Shown piece after piece: positions 38,701-47,798 of a DNA stretch of 64,000 nt (position 1 is its first letter; the number at the start of each line of letters is the position of its first letter). The stretch comes from Amphiscolops sp. MND2022 (taxonomy: Eukaryota), in NCBI GenBank assembly GCA_964187785.1, contig OZ076414.1, positions 60,698,001 to 60,762,000 of the forward strand, written 5' to 3'. Made by a program: the position numbers and the translations under genes. The notes beneath the pieces were generated by a model that ran no database searches, was not told the origin of the DNA, and worked only from the letters and a program-made list of their open reading frames with translations.

Positions 38701-41700
38701 TGAATGATGAGATAGTGCCGGTTCGCTGCAAGCTGCAGCCTCTTTGCAGTGTCAGTAACGGTCCCCGTAATATAAATATTGAAAACATCAAAAAGTGGAG
38801 GACATATTTACAAAACAAAACTTTCTACGTAGTTCTGTCTGTCTCAGAGGCTGCAGAGCGACATGCCGCCAACAAGCAATCGTAGAGTCATCTATCAGTG
38901 CTAAAGTTCACGAGGGAGGGCTGTCATAAATCTGACAATCCCTCGGATGCTTCCCATGAAACGATATAATTTCCGACGATCAATAAAATTTGAGATGCAT
39001 TGTCCTAATTTATAAATTACCCTCCACTTACCGATGTTTTCCAAATTTATTTTATAGGACCGTTATTGACACTGTAGAGGAGGCTCTACATCTTGCAGCG
39101 TACAGACACCCAAACTCTTTTCACTGACACACCCTCCATGTACTAGGGGCAAAAAATCCCACCTCTCTCTACAACATTTCCCGGTTTCAGTACGCGCGGT
39201 CCTTTTTATTATAGTTTAGGAGAGGAAAGAAAGGAAACAAAACAACAAAACAAAACTTACCATTCGGTAGGTTAACGGGGGACGCCTGACGCTTGATAGC
39301 ACCGTTAGAGGAGGAGGAGAAGGAGGTTGTGTCTTTGAGGTCGAGTGCCCTCTTAGTACCAGTAGCACCCCCTGTGGTCTCAGAAGTTGAGGTGGCGGCG
39401 AAGAAGTTGAGGTGAGACTTGTCTGGTTTGCGGGGACTGGCAAGCAGGGCGTCGATGGTGCAGTCCACACTGAAGTTGTTCTTCACCAGCAGCTGGGCGA
39501 CCTCGCCGTCTGGAAATGAGTCACCGACCACTTGTTGCACTTGCATCAGGCACGATTTCAACTTGGCTGCAACAAAAAACCACCCGGCTTGTTGGTTTTG
39601 AAATCATTAACGATTTACTTGTTTCTCGCATCTATAAGAGGTTCTTCATTTGCCCCAAATCATTTCACTAAACTTCAAAATCAGACTACTGAGTGCGCCA
39701 AAAAGAATTATTAAATAGGAGTCCACTGGCGGTTACACAAAAAATCAAAACCGATCCCGCATTGGGTTTCCGAAACAAACTCCAAAGGCGTTTTTCTCAT
39801 TTTGATCAGCATCAGCTGCCATTTATCATCGTCCTCGAGATAAAACCTTCCTTTAGGATCAAACTTTTGAGAGCGAGACAGCATTCCATTATACCACCAA
39901 GTATTTGCACCAATTTTGGGAGTATTATGAAACGTAATAAAAGCATGTTTTGAAAACTTTTCACAGTGTGCGTGCAACGTACGAACAAGCCAGGACCGGG
40001 CTAAGTCGGCGCCATATCTAAGGCTCAAAAATAGCAAAAGGACTTCAAAGTGTCAAAGTATTCTTTAAAATAGCAAAAGCACTTCAAAGTGTCAAAGCAT
40101 TCTCTTCTACAGTACCTGAAAAACCCAAAAATTGGCGCACCCTTTCGCATTTTTCAACATCAATTGTTCCAAAAAATTAAAAAAATTGAAGGGGACACTG
40201 TGGTGATTTTTTTCGGAAAAAAAGTCTCACAATGCCAAGAAAACTGAAAAGGTGGGACCCTTTAGTCTCTCCCGGTATTGTATGTTACGCGGAAAAAGAG
40301 GAAAAACCTTTTTGGTTCAGTTCGCTAGGCCAAATGATTCAATTTGGGACCATAAAATTTCGTATAACTTCCAAGAACTACTTTGGTCATGTTCGTATGG
40401 ATTGAAAAAATTTTTAAAAAGAGTCACTATAATAGTCGCGTTTCACTTCATGAAGCGCCGACTAAAAAGCATTGAAGCGTAACTTCGAAATTTGTATAAA
40501 GATTGCAATCAATGCAATGTTGCCTATGACGATTACAATTCAAATCGACCAAACAAATTTCGAATCGAGGTACCTCGGTCTTGTGGGGACAAAGACGAGG
40601 CGTCGAAACTCTTTGAGAGACTGTCACTCTCTTCGTCACTACTACTGCTGACAGGTTCTTCGGGGATCTTGGGTTCTTTCTTCGTTTCCACTCTGAACAA
40701 ACCAAATCATTCATAACATTTCCTTCATCCGGGAAAAATTTTCACGGAAGTTCCCATTAAAATGGATCGCAAAAGCTTGATTGACCAAAAAACTTTATAG
40801 CAGCAGATAGTCACAAGCCAGCGACCATGTCTTCAACAAGATCGGTTGCAATGAAAAACTATGACACCCAAAATGGTTGAATGAGTCAAAGTTTGCACTT
40901 TTTGAGGAGAGGAGTCCTCTCAGAGGACAGGTATAATATAACCACGAGTGATTTTTTGACGTACAGTAGAATGCCCTTATAACGGACCTGCTTCGGACCT
41001 AAAAATGTGTAGCTATAAAGACAATCCAATAAAAACACGGTATATGGATTTTTGGGGACAATGGCACAAAAAAATTCCGCTAGAAAAACTTTCGAGAAAA
41101 TATCCGTTATACAGCCATCAGGGATGCCAAAATAAACATTTGGTATTTTACCGGACCGTGGAATAAATTACTGTATTTTTTGCTGACATAAAATAAATAT
41201 TATTTCATGTAACAAAATATAAATTCAATACTTTCTCAAGTTAAAAAAATTATTTCAGAAAAATTTATTTTTCTGTGAGAATAGAATTAACAGAATTAAT
41301 GCGGCAGACACGGGGAATTCCCGCACAACAGAAGTCTCATACATCAGAAAATGAAAATTCGGTCCCATACGGCAGAATATTTGTTTATGCTGCAGTCTGA
41401 TTGGCTGGACTTTGAAATAGAATTGTTGAAAACGAGTGTCGGATTTTGCCGGAATTATTATTATACCGTAGTCAGCTATGTTCACATAGCCCTAAATGCA
41501 GGAGCAAAGCGAATCGGAGCGACGTGCCATATCGCCATACCTCAATGTTGCTATTTTGCGAAGCGACCGAGCCATACAACAAATATGCTAACCTCTTCAA
41601 AGAAAAGTTCCATACATATTGGCTGTAACCAGAGTTTTGACACCGCTAATCAGCGATTTAGCGAACTAGCGGCCGCGCAGGAATTTTCCAGCGATTTCAT

Positions 41701-44700
41701 TAGCGATTCAAATTAGCGGCAACTAACAGATTGTCCAAATTCAAAATTTCTTGTCGGTATAGACGGTGTTTCAAAATTAATTTCGGAAAAATTCCAACTC
41801 TTACCCTTGTAAAACTCGCACAGTACAAACAATTCTAGTCTTTTTTCTTCCAAAAACCGGATAAATTATTTTGAAACATACTTGAACTAAACATTTAATA
41901 GTTTACAGAAAAGCTTTTCAGCGAAATAGCGATTTTCAAATTAGCGGTTAAGCGATTTGAAAATCGCTATTTCGCTGAAAAGAGTAAGAGTTGGAAAAAA
42001 TAGCGATGTCAAAACCCTGGCTGTAACAGCACTAAAACCTAGTACACAACTCCGCTTATAACGATTTCCCGGGGACCGGCGTTTTTTATTCGTTATACCC
42101 GAATATCGTTTTAGGCGAAAATCGTTATATACTAGCATTGTGGCCGGAACAGTGAAACTATAGCTATAACTGGAATATCGTTATAAACGTAATCGTTATA
42201 AACGGAGTTGAGTGTAATTTGAATTCTGCTGTATGGGGCCGAATTTTTATTTTCTGCTGTATGAACAGGCCCCGGCAGAAACATCTAGCCAAAGCTGCTA
42301 CATGTATGTGTAAAAAAAACCTGCATTATTGGCCGCCAATTGCCAAGCTATATTTTACATGTAAACAATTTACATTTTATTCCTTTCTCTGTGAAATCAG
42401 AAATTTTATTAATAAAATACCTTTTTAGTTTTCATGACTAAAAATCACTAATTGATCTTTTTAATATCATTAAATAATTTTATGTAAAAATATGAAATAA
42501 TCTTGTTTGAATAATTTTTTTGGAATTCCTGATAGCCATCCGTTGTAAAGCCTTCTACTGTACTTGAAAAGTATCATATAGGCAGATAGTAGCAAAATTA
42601 ATTAAGATGCCGCCACTTACTTGATGTAGTTGGAGAAGGAGTGTGCGAGGTTGGTGGCCCCCTGGCCGGGGTACATGAACTGGGAGACAGAGGGGGAGGC
42701 GGGCCAGTCGTACTGCTCGTCCACCGAGGTGCTCATCGCCCCGTACTCACACACCTCGAAGTCATCAGTGAGCGACTCCCTACACGGTAAAACCCCCAGA
42801 TTAATTGATAATCAACCCCCAGAACTACAGGGTCTTTCAGAATTACGCGTCAAAACTATCGGTGAGACTCCCTTCGGATGCAAAACCCGCGAATCAATTA
42901 ATTAACCCCCAAAACTACAGGGTCTTTCAGAAATTATGGGTCAAAACTATCTTGAAATTGTAAGAATTGGTCAAATTTAACAAGAATGTGTTTTTTTTAG
43001 GTTTTACAAAGAAACAATTGGTTAAGTGGAAATTTCAATTTTCCCACTTCCTCTTTCCGTTTATGAATCAAGTTATCCAATACAGGGCTTTTCAATAAAT
43101 TATTTGTATTGCAATATATTGCAATATTTGTATTGCAATATATTTATTGGGGATGGCAAAAGGGAGCAATAATATTGCAATATATTGCAATAAATTGGAT
43201 TTGAAAACAAATGGAGCATTTCTCAGAAATATAAAATAACCACAATATAGCATACTTTCTGCGCTTTTGCTATTTCTCAGAAATATAAAACAACATATCC
43301 CCTGCGAGAAAATAGCCAAACCACACAAAGCAAGCAGGTCTAAGTATTGAAAATGCCTCCTAAAATTGATAACAGCGTGATTATGAAATTCTACAAACTT
43401 GTTGAAGGCATGCCTGCAGGCGGTTTGAAAAAATGACAACCAAAATATTTTAGGATCTTCTTAAAATTTTCATCAAATTAATTCGAGTATCAGATTTCAA
43501 CCCGCCTGATCAAAGGGTCAAAAAACCAGTATGAATGCATTTGTGGAAACAAACGTCAAAGAAATAAAAACTCTGGATGGAGCAATTTACTATCGCATAT
43601 TTCATCTCAGCATAAGGCTGATATGACAGATTTCTTACAAATTTAGCCCTTGATCAGACTACTTAACAGAATTTTTTGATTGTAACGCAGTTACAGCTAA
43701 ATCTAAAAACATTTATGGCAGGATTGATAAAATTACTTCTCAGTTGTTACCGTTTCCGGTCGTTACAGAAGAAGTCATCAGAAAAGGATCGAGATTTTTG
43801 GGACATTAGCAGCTTATAGACTGGTATTAATACTGACTCAAACATATCTGTTTATGACGTTTTTTTGTTGATATTTAATGAAAAATATTTTTCCTTGCTT
43901 TTTTCTCCCGAGTCTTCAAATTCTTCATATTGCAATATATTGCAATATATTTATTTCTGACAATGTTTATTGCAATATATTTATTGGAACTATTTTGATC
44001 CAAAATAATATTGCAATAATATTTTGAAAAGCCCTGATCCAATATACGGAAGCGATTACAGCTGTGTGAACATCATAATGGAGGTCATTTCCAGCACCTA
44101 ATGTAGATGAATAAACTTTTGATGTATGAAAAACAAAAGTTCCATATACTGCTGAAAATCTGTTGAAAAATGGTTACGTTCTGAACAGTAGTTGAGATAT
44201 TTGAAAATAAAGTTGACAATTTCTGGAAGAGACTGTAGAACATGTTTAAACACTGCATCAATTAATTCTATTCCATGTTCTCATTTCAGAGGGAATAAAA
44301 AAATTATTACCATTGATCATTGTCATCCTTTACTTAATCCGTTTGCTACAGGCAATCGTATTGCTTTGAACCCACTACTTGCTGACGTAATATGTCCTCG
44401 CACAGTATATTTCATTTATTCCAATTCAACTATTTTCCACGAAGCTGCTCGAGAAAACTCGTAGATTTCGTTTGTATCCAACTTTAGCTGCACTAACTTA
44501 GCTTTTGTGGGCAACCAAATAGATAGCGAAATTGACACACATTTTCTACTAGACACTTTCCAAAAGTTAACTTTTGGAAAGTGTCTAGTAGAAAATGTGT
44601 GTCAATTTCGCTATCTATTTGGTTGCCCACAAAAGCTAAGTTAGTGCAGCTAAAGTGCAAATTTGCACCTAATTAATAATCGACTAGTTAATTTTCGGCT

Positions 44701-46044
44701 ACTTTTCTGCCCTTTAATTTCGATGAGTTGCCTTCAGTGAGGTGTTTTCGACAAATTTCCCGCATACCTTTCATTAGGTTGACTGATTCAGGCAAGAATA
44801 AGAATTCTTATTCTTGCCTGAATCAGTCAACCTAATGAAAGGTATGCGGGAAATTTGTCGAAAACACCTCACTGAAGGCAACTCATCGAAATTAAAGGGC
44901 AGAAAAGTAGCCGAAAATTAACTAGTCGATTATTAATTAGGTGCAAATTCGTCAAAAATTACCGATTACCAACTGACTGTTATTAACCCACAAAAATGTT
45001 TCTCGTAAATATTATTGCCAAGTGATAATTATAAATTAATTTTCCGTATTTGATGGGTGAAATTTTTATTCTTGCTCATAATAAAGCTTAAACACTTGCT
45101 TATCGCAAGTGTAATTAGTTGTATAGGCGCATGAAACATTGTATTATTTGCTTAATGGTATAATTTACAGTGTAATATTTTGATGGTAATACAATAGGAT
45201 CACAAGATTAGCACTATATTTGCGTAAAGCGACAATTCGTCCCAAGCGACAATTCGTCCCAAATTCCAAAAAGCGACAATTCGTCCCAAGCGACAATTCG
45301 TCACATTTTGAAAAGGCGACAATTCGTCCCAATTATTAAAAGCTGCAATTTGTCCCCAATTTAATTGCCAATAAAGACCTTTGTAATAATGAATCCGGGA
45401 AGATTACAATTAGAGGCAGGTGCCAACAATTAATTTCAACATTCCACGACTAGTACGTTAAAATGCAACATTTTCTAATTATTGTCACGTGGTTGAATGA
45501 ATTCATTTGTAGTTGGTTTGATTATTTCTTTCATTTCAACCTTCAAAAGGTTGGTAATTAGCTGATCAATTAAACAATTTGGGACGAATTGTCGCTTTTT
45601 ACAAGTGGGACGAACTGTCGCCTTTTCAAAATGGGACGAATTGACGCTTGGGACGAATTGTCGCTTTTTGGAATTTGAGACGAATTGTCGCTTGGGACGA
45701 ATCGCCGCTTGGGACGAATTGTCGCCCAAACCTATATTTGGAGTCGATTTTCTGTGCTTGCGAGTTTTTCGCCGCAAAATTTTTGGCAAGTTCCTTTTCG
45801 GCCAACGGGTTTTTTTTGTAGATTTCTGATGAAAAGAGCCGTGAATGTGCTAGCGAAAAGTTTGAAAAAAAAACAATTTGTTTTTCTATAATCAGATGGA
45901 CTCCAGGGGACACCTATAAAAGATAAAAGCATATTATGCTTCTTGTGAAATGTTTTACAAGTTTCTATGAAATTTCAAAAGATGATGTAAAGCATAAATC
46001 TCTGAAACTCACTGTCTGTTTCTGATGTACTGGTGTCGAGCCAT
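26446..46044 (-). CDS. HBS1L: HBS1-like translational GTPase gene, 12 coding exons, ~725 aa
   Basis: Exons 46013-46044, 42621-42779, 40574-40692, 39261-39566, 37337-37509, 34802-34961, 32334-32472, 30626-30768, 29293-29531, 28673-28909, 27269-27422 and 26446-26762 join in phase (2178 nt). Shows an MARH N-terminus, an HBS1_N-like helical domain, G1 [23 protein letters not shown] and EF-Tu-type domains II/III ending [17 protein letters not shown]. Confidence 0.94.
27269..27422 (-). CDS. HBS1L: HBS1L exon 11 (ends at a GC donor)
   Basis: Acceptor caccgtag|GTT. Encodes [29 protein letters not shown]. Donor TCAG|gcatga, phase 1. Confidence 0.85.
27497..28040. mobile_element. Non-autonomous element (aaaaataggcccctccgggg family), copy 1
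   Basis: Colinear with 29586-30055. Subterminal inverted tatttctgct/agcagaaata. Confidence 0.7.
28312..28658. mobile_element. Degenerate hAT MITE of the cagagttttgac family
   Basis: gttttgacattgctaat...ccgcta repeats...agcgatgtgaaaac. Confidence 0.5.
28673..28909 (-). CDS. HBS1L: HBS1L exon 10
   Basis: Acceptor aattccag|GAA and donor AAG|gtacat. Encodes [34 protein letters not shown]. Confidence 0.94.
29293..29531 (-). CDS. HBS1L: HBS1L exon 9 (G4/G5)
   Basis: Acceptor ctgacag|GT and donor AAG|gtaagt. Encodes [26 protein letters not shown]...[12 protein letters not shown]. Confidence 0.94.
29586..30055. mobile_element. aaaaataggcccctccgggg family, copy 2, with internal foldback
   Basis: Colinear with 27497-28040 except for an 83-bp palindrome at 29676-29758. 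Confidence 0.7.
30626..30768 (-). CDS. HBS1L: HBS1L exon 8 (G3)
   Basis: Acceptor gtttaag|G and donor G|gttcgg. Encodes [41 protein letters not shown]. Confidence 0.92.
30817..31402 (+). mobile_element. DINE/Helentron-like element (copy e)
   Basis: Head aaacaagtcgggaacggcataagtcggcgccatatctaag; tail actataatagtcgcgtttcacttcatgaagcgccgactaaaa. Confidence 0.65.
32334..32472 (-). CDS. HBS1L: HBS1L exon 7 (switch I/G2)
   Basis: Acceptor atgtttag|GT and donor AG|gtaggt. Encodes [35 protein letters not shown]. Absent from the ORF track. Confidence 0.94.
32963..33619. mobile_element. hAT MITE with nested element and tRNA-SINE head
   Basis: Termini cagagttttgac/gtcaaaaccctg with TSD ctaacaac/ttaacaac (7 of 8 match). 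Confidence 0.8.
33251..33320 (+). mobile_element. tRNA-derived SINE head
   Basis: A box TGGCACAGTGG and B box GGTTCGAATC. No cloverleaf acceptor stem. Confidence 0.6.
34802..34961 (-). CDS. HBS1L: HBS1L exon 6 (P-loop)
   Basis: Acceptor tacttttag|GTA and donor G|gtcagt. Encodes [24 protein letters not shown]. Confidence 0.94.
35274..35421. mobile_element. Small pogo-type MITE
   Basis: TA|cagttgaatccgcccaattc ... gaattaaccggagttgactg|CA, an imperfect TIR. Confidence 0.55.
35430..36344 (-). mobile_element. pogo/Tigger deletion derivative, second 915-bp copy (HBS1L intron 5)
   Basis: Reverse complement of 23675-24589. Same length, TA TSDs, and identical translated ORFs in the ORF track. Confidence 0.9.
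37337..37509 (-). CDS. HBS1L: HBS1L exon 5 (low-complexity linker); 3' end at 37337 (GC donor) or 37232 (GT donor)
   Basis: Acceptor tctttttcag|GG, phase 1. Both candidate donors are phase 0, as exon 6 requires. Confidence 0.7.
39261..39566 (-). CDS. HBS1L: HBS1L exon 4 (HBS1 N-terminal helical domain)
   Basis: Acceptor tttgttgcag|CC and donor G|gtaagt. Encodes [41 protein letters not shown]. Confidence 0.9.
39984..40468 (+). mobile_element. DINE/Helentron-like element (copy f)
   Basis: Head aacaagccaggaccgggctaagtcggcgccatatctaaggctc; tail identical in design to copy e. Confidence 0.65.
40574..40692 (-). CDS. HBS1L: HBS1L exon 3
   Basis: Acceptor tttgttcag|A and donor G|gtacct. Phases 2 and 1 fit the neighbouring exons. 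Ends SLSPQDR. Confidence 0.82.
41630..42019. mobile_element. hAT MITE, 390 bp
   Basis: cagagttttgac/gtcaaaaccctg with a perfect 8-bp TSD gctgtaac. Confidence 0.88.
42045..42214. mobile_element. pogo-type MITE, 170 bp
   Basis: TA|cacaactccgcttataacgat ... atcgttataaacggagttgagtg|TA. Confidence 0.75.
42621..42779 (-). CDS. HBS1L: HBS1L exon 2
   Basis: Acceptor ccgtgtag|G and donor AA|gtaagt. Encodes [32 protein letters not shown], resembling the HBS1L 'GxSVEDD..SP...QF.Y' N-terminus. Confidence 0.88.
43083..44036 (+). mobile_element. hAT deletion derivative with BED-type zinc-finger remnant
   Basis: 13-bp TIR cagggcttttcaa/ttgaaaagccctg with a perfect 8-bp TSD atccaata. Internal [28 protein letters not shown]. 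Confidence 0.88.
44481..44656. repeat. Perfect spacerless palindrome, 2 x 88 bp
   Basis: Checked base by base; centre ...caaaagtt|aacttttg... between 44568 and 44569. Confidence 0.97.
44660..44949. repeat. Perfect spacerless palindrome, 2 x 145 bp
   Basis: Checked base by base; centre ...aataagaa|ttcttatt... between 44804 and 44805. Confidence 0.97.
45225..45730. mobile_element. Foldback/MULE-like MITE whose long TIRs are built from 17-bp AAGCGACAATTCGTCCC modules
   Basis: About 6 forward units at 45227-45357 and about 7 inverted units at 45580-45727, around a ~220-bp core. Confidence 0.75.
46013..46044 (-). CDS. HBS1L: HBS1L exon 1 (start codon)
   Basis: ATG GCT CGA CAC CAG TAC ATC AGA AAC AGA CA|gtgagt gives [10 protein letters not shown]. 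It matches the family MARH start and is phase 2, as exon 2 requires. Confidence 0.85.
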
Positions 46045-47798
46045 CCCGGAGAAAGACTTGAAGTGGAACGAAAAACTTCAATGGGTTGATTACTTTCTTA
46101 AGACATGTTTCATCTGAAAAAGTAGTTATTCTTGAGTTACAATTCCACAATCAAATCGCACGTTATGTAATAGATCACACTATTCTTCCCAATAATTCTC
46201 AAACCCTATTTCGATGACCCATCTTGTTTCTTAACCACAACCCCCCCCCCATCCCCCAACGCGAAAACCGCTTTCATGCCCAAATTTTTTAAATGACCCA
46301 AATTTTTAAATATTTTTCAAAATAGCAAAATTTTACGCTTGAAACCAGTCAAAATCATATGGACAGGCCACAATTTCAACGCAAAATTTCACCGCCATAA
46401 AATCCTATGAACAATTTTCAACTGTCAATCAATATGGAAGATAGGATTATGTCGACATCAAACATTTTATTAGACTGAAATTACATCGCAATCGATGTCA
46501 ACAAAATGGTATTTGAACATTGTTCCTCATAACCCCCTGCTTATTTCTGCGAAGTGTTCAGATTTGATTCTCGAAAATTTATTCAAAGCGTTTTTGAACT
46601 CCTTTCTAGCGAGAAAAACTTTTGCTTAGCGTTCTATCCCAGATGTCTCACGCGATTCAAAATGGTCAAGTATTAAAAGTTTGGAGTAATTTCTAAATTG
46701 TAAACATTTATAAACAGTACTATATATGATGGAAAAACAACAATGAAGGCAGTATTGTTAGCAGCCAAAGGACAACAATTGGTAACTAAATTAGAAAGTA
46801 ATCACGGAAGGTTTGGTCAGTTAGTTTGGAAAACAAGGCCTCAAAAACTCTGCGACCTTTCATTAGTTTCCTTAGTTTTCAATGGTTCAAGTTGAAGTTT
46901 TTCAAGAACAACTTCAGTTACGGTTTCAATTTGAACAAAAAAACTTCAAAATCTCGTTGCCACTTCTTCGTTGGCAGCATGCGCGTCAAAATCGACTGGT
47001 GTGATATGAAAAAAATAATCACAGAGTTTCCAACGGAACGATGAAAAAAATCTATACAAAACAAAGGGTTATATATAAATATCTAATGAACAAACAATTC
47101 AAGTGCTGAAAAGTTAAGTTTACCCTGACACCCAATCAAAAAATGATGAGAACTGCACAGCAGGGTTCTTCTCGGTGTTGCACATTGAATGCTTTGCCGG
47201 AACACCATTTTTGGGGCTGAAACCTAGAGGTCACAAACTTTTTTGCGAAACTATTGTCGGTATAAAAATTTTCAAATCCGTTTCCAAAACGAATTTCACA
47301 ATTTAAGGCAGTTCAAAAATAGTGTCCTTAACGCATTAACTTTAATACACAACACTGAATGAGTTGGGATAATTTTCCAGGACTTTTGGGGGACCGTCAC
47401 AAGGAATCTGAATTCGGTACAAAATTTTACTCAGCTTCATTACAAGAAAAGAATTACTGCAATAAGAACAACGACAACTGAACTTTTTACAAGGATTGGG
47501 GATATATTTTACACCATTTTAAGGAGCTGTCACAATGATTTTATCACGACAGAAAAGTTCATTCTAATTCATTTGCAACCAATTTCAACAATTATATGTA
47601 TAACGTTTGTGAACATGACTACAAAGTTTTCAGATCTCTATTAAAGAAAAATGAAGACAATCTGCTTCAACATTTTTGGATGAAACTGACAGCAAGAATT
47701 TTAGACTTACGCAACGTATAGGAAGGTATAGCTAAGTTAAGTTGTAGGGGCCGTCCAACAATACGGATGATAGATGAAATTGTTCATGTTATAATGAT

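Noticed and set aside
37510-39260. SKI7-like/HBS1LV3 alternative terminal exon in HBS1L intron 4
   Set aside because: By eye I found no PFDFxxPSPDD-type motif or long open frame. A strong gtaagt near 38585 has no open upstream frame. This was not exhaustively excluded.
45227-45727. CRISPR-like array of 17-bp repeats
   Set aside because: Linkers are 0-15 bp and irregular, the array is mirrored as an inverted repeat, the context is a eukaryotic intron and no cas genes are present.
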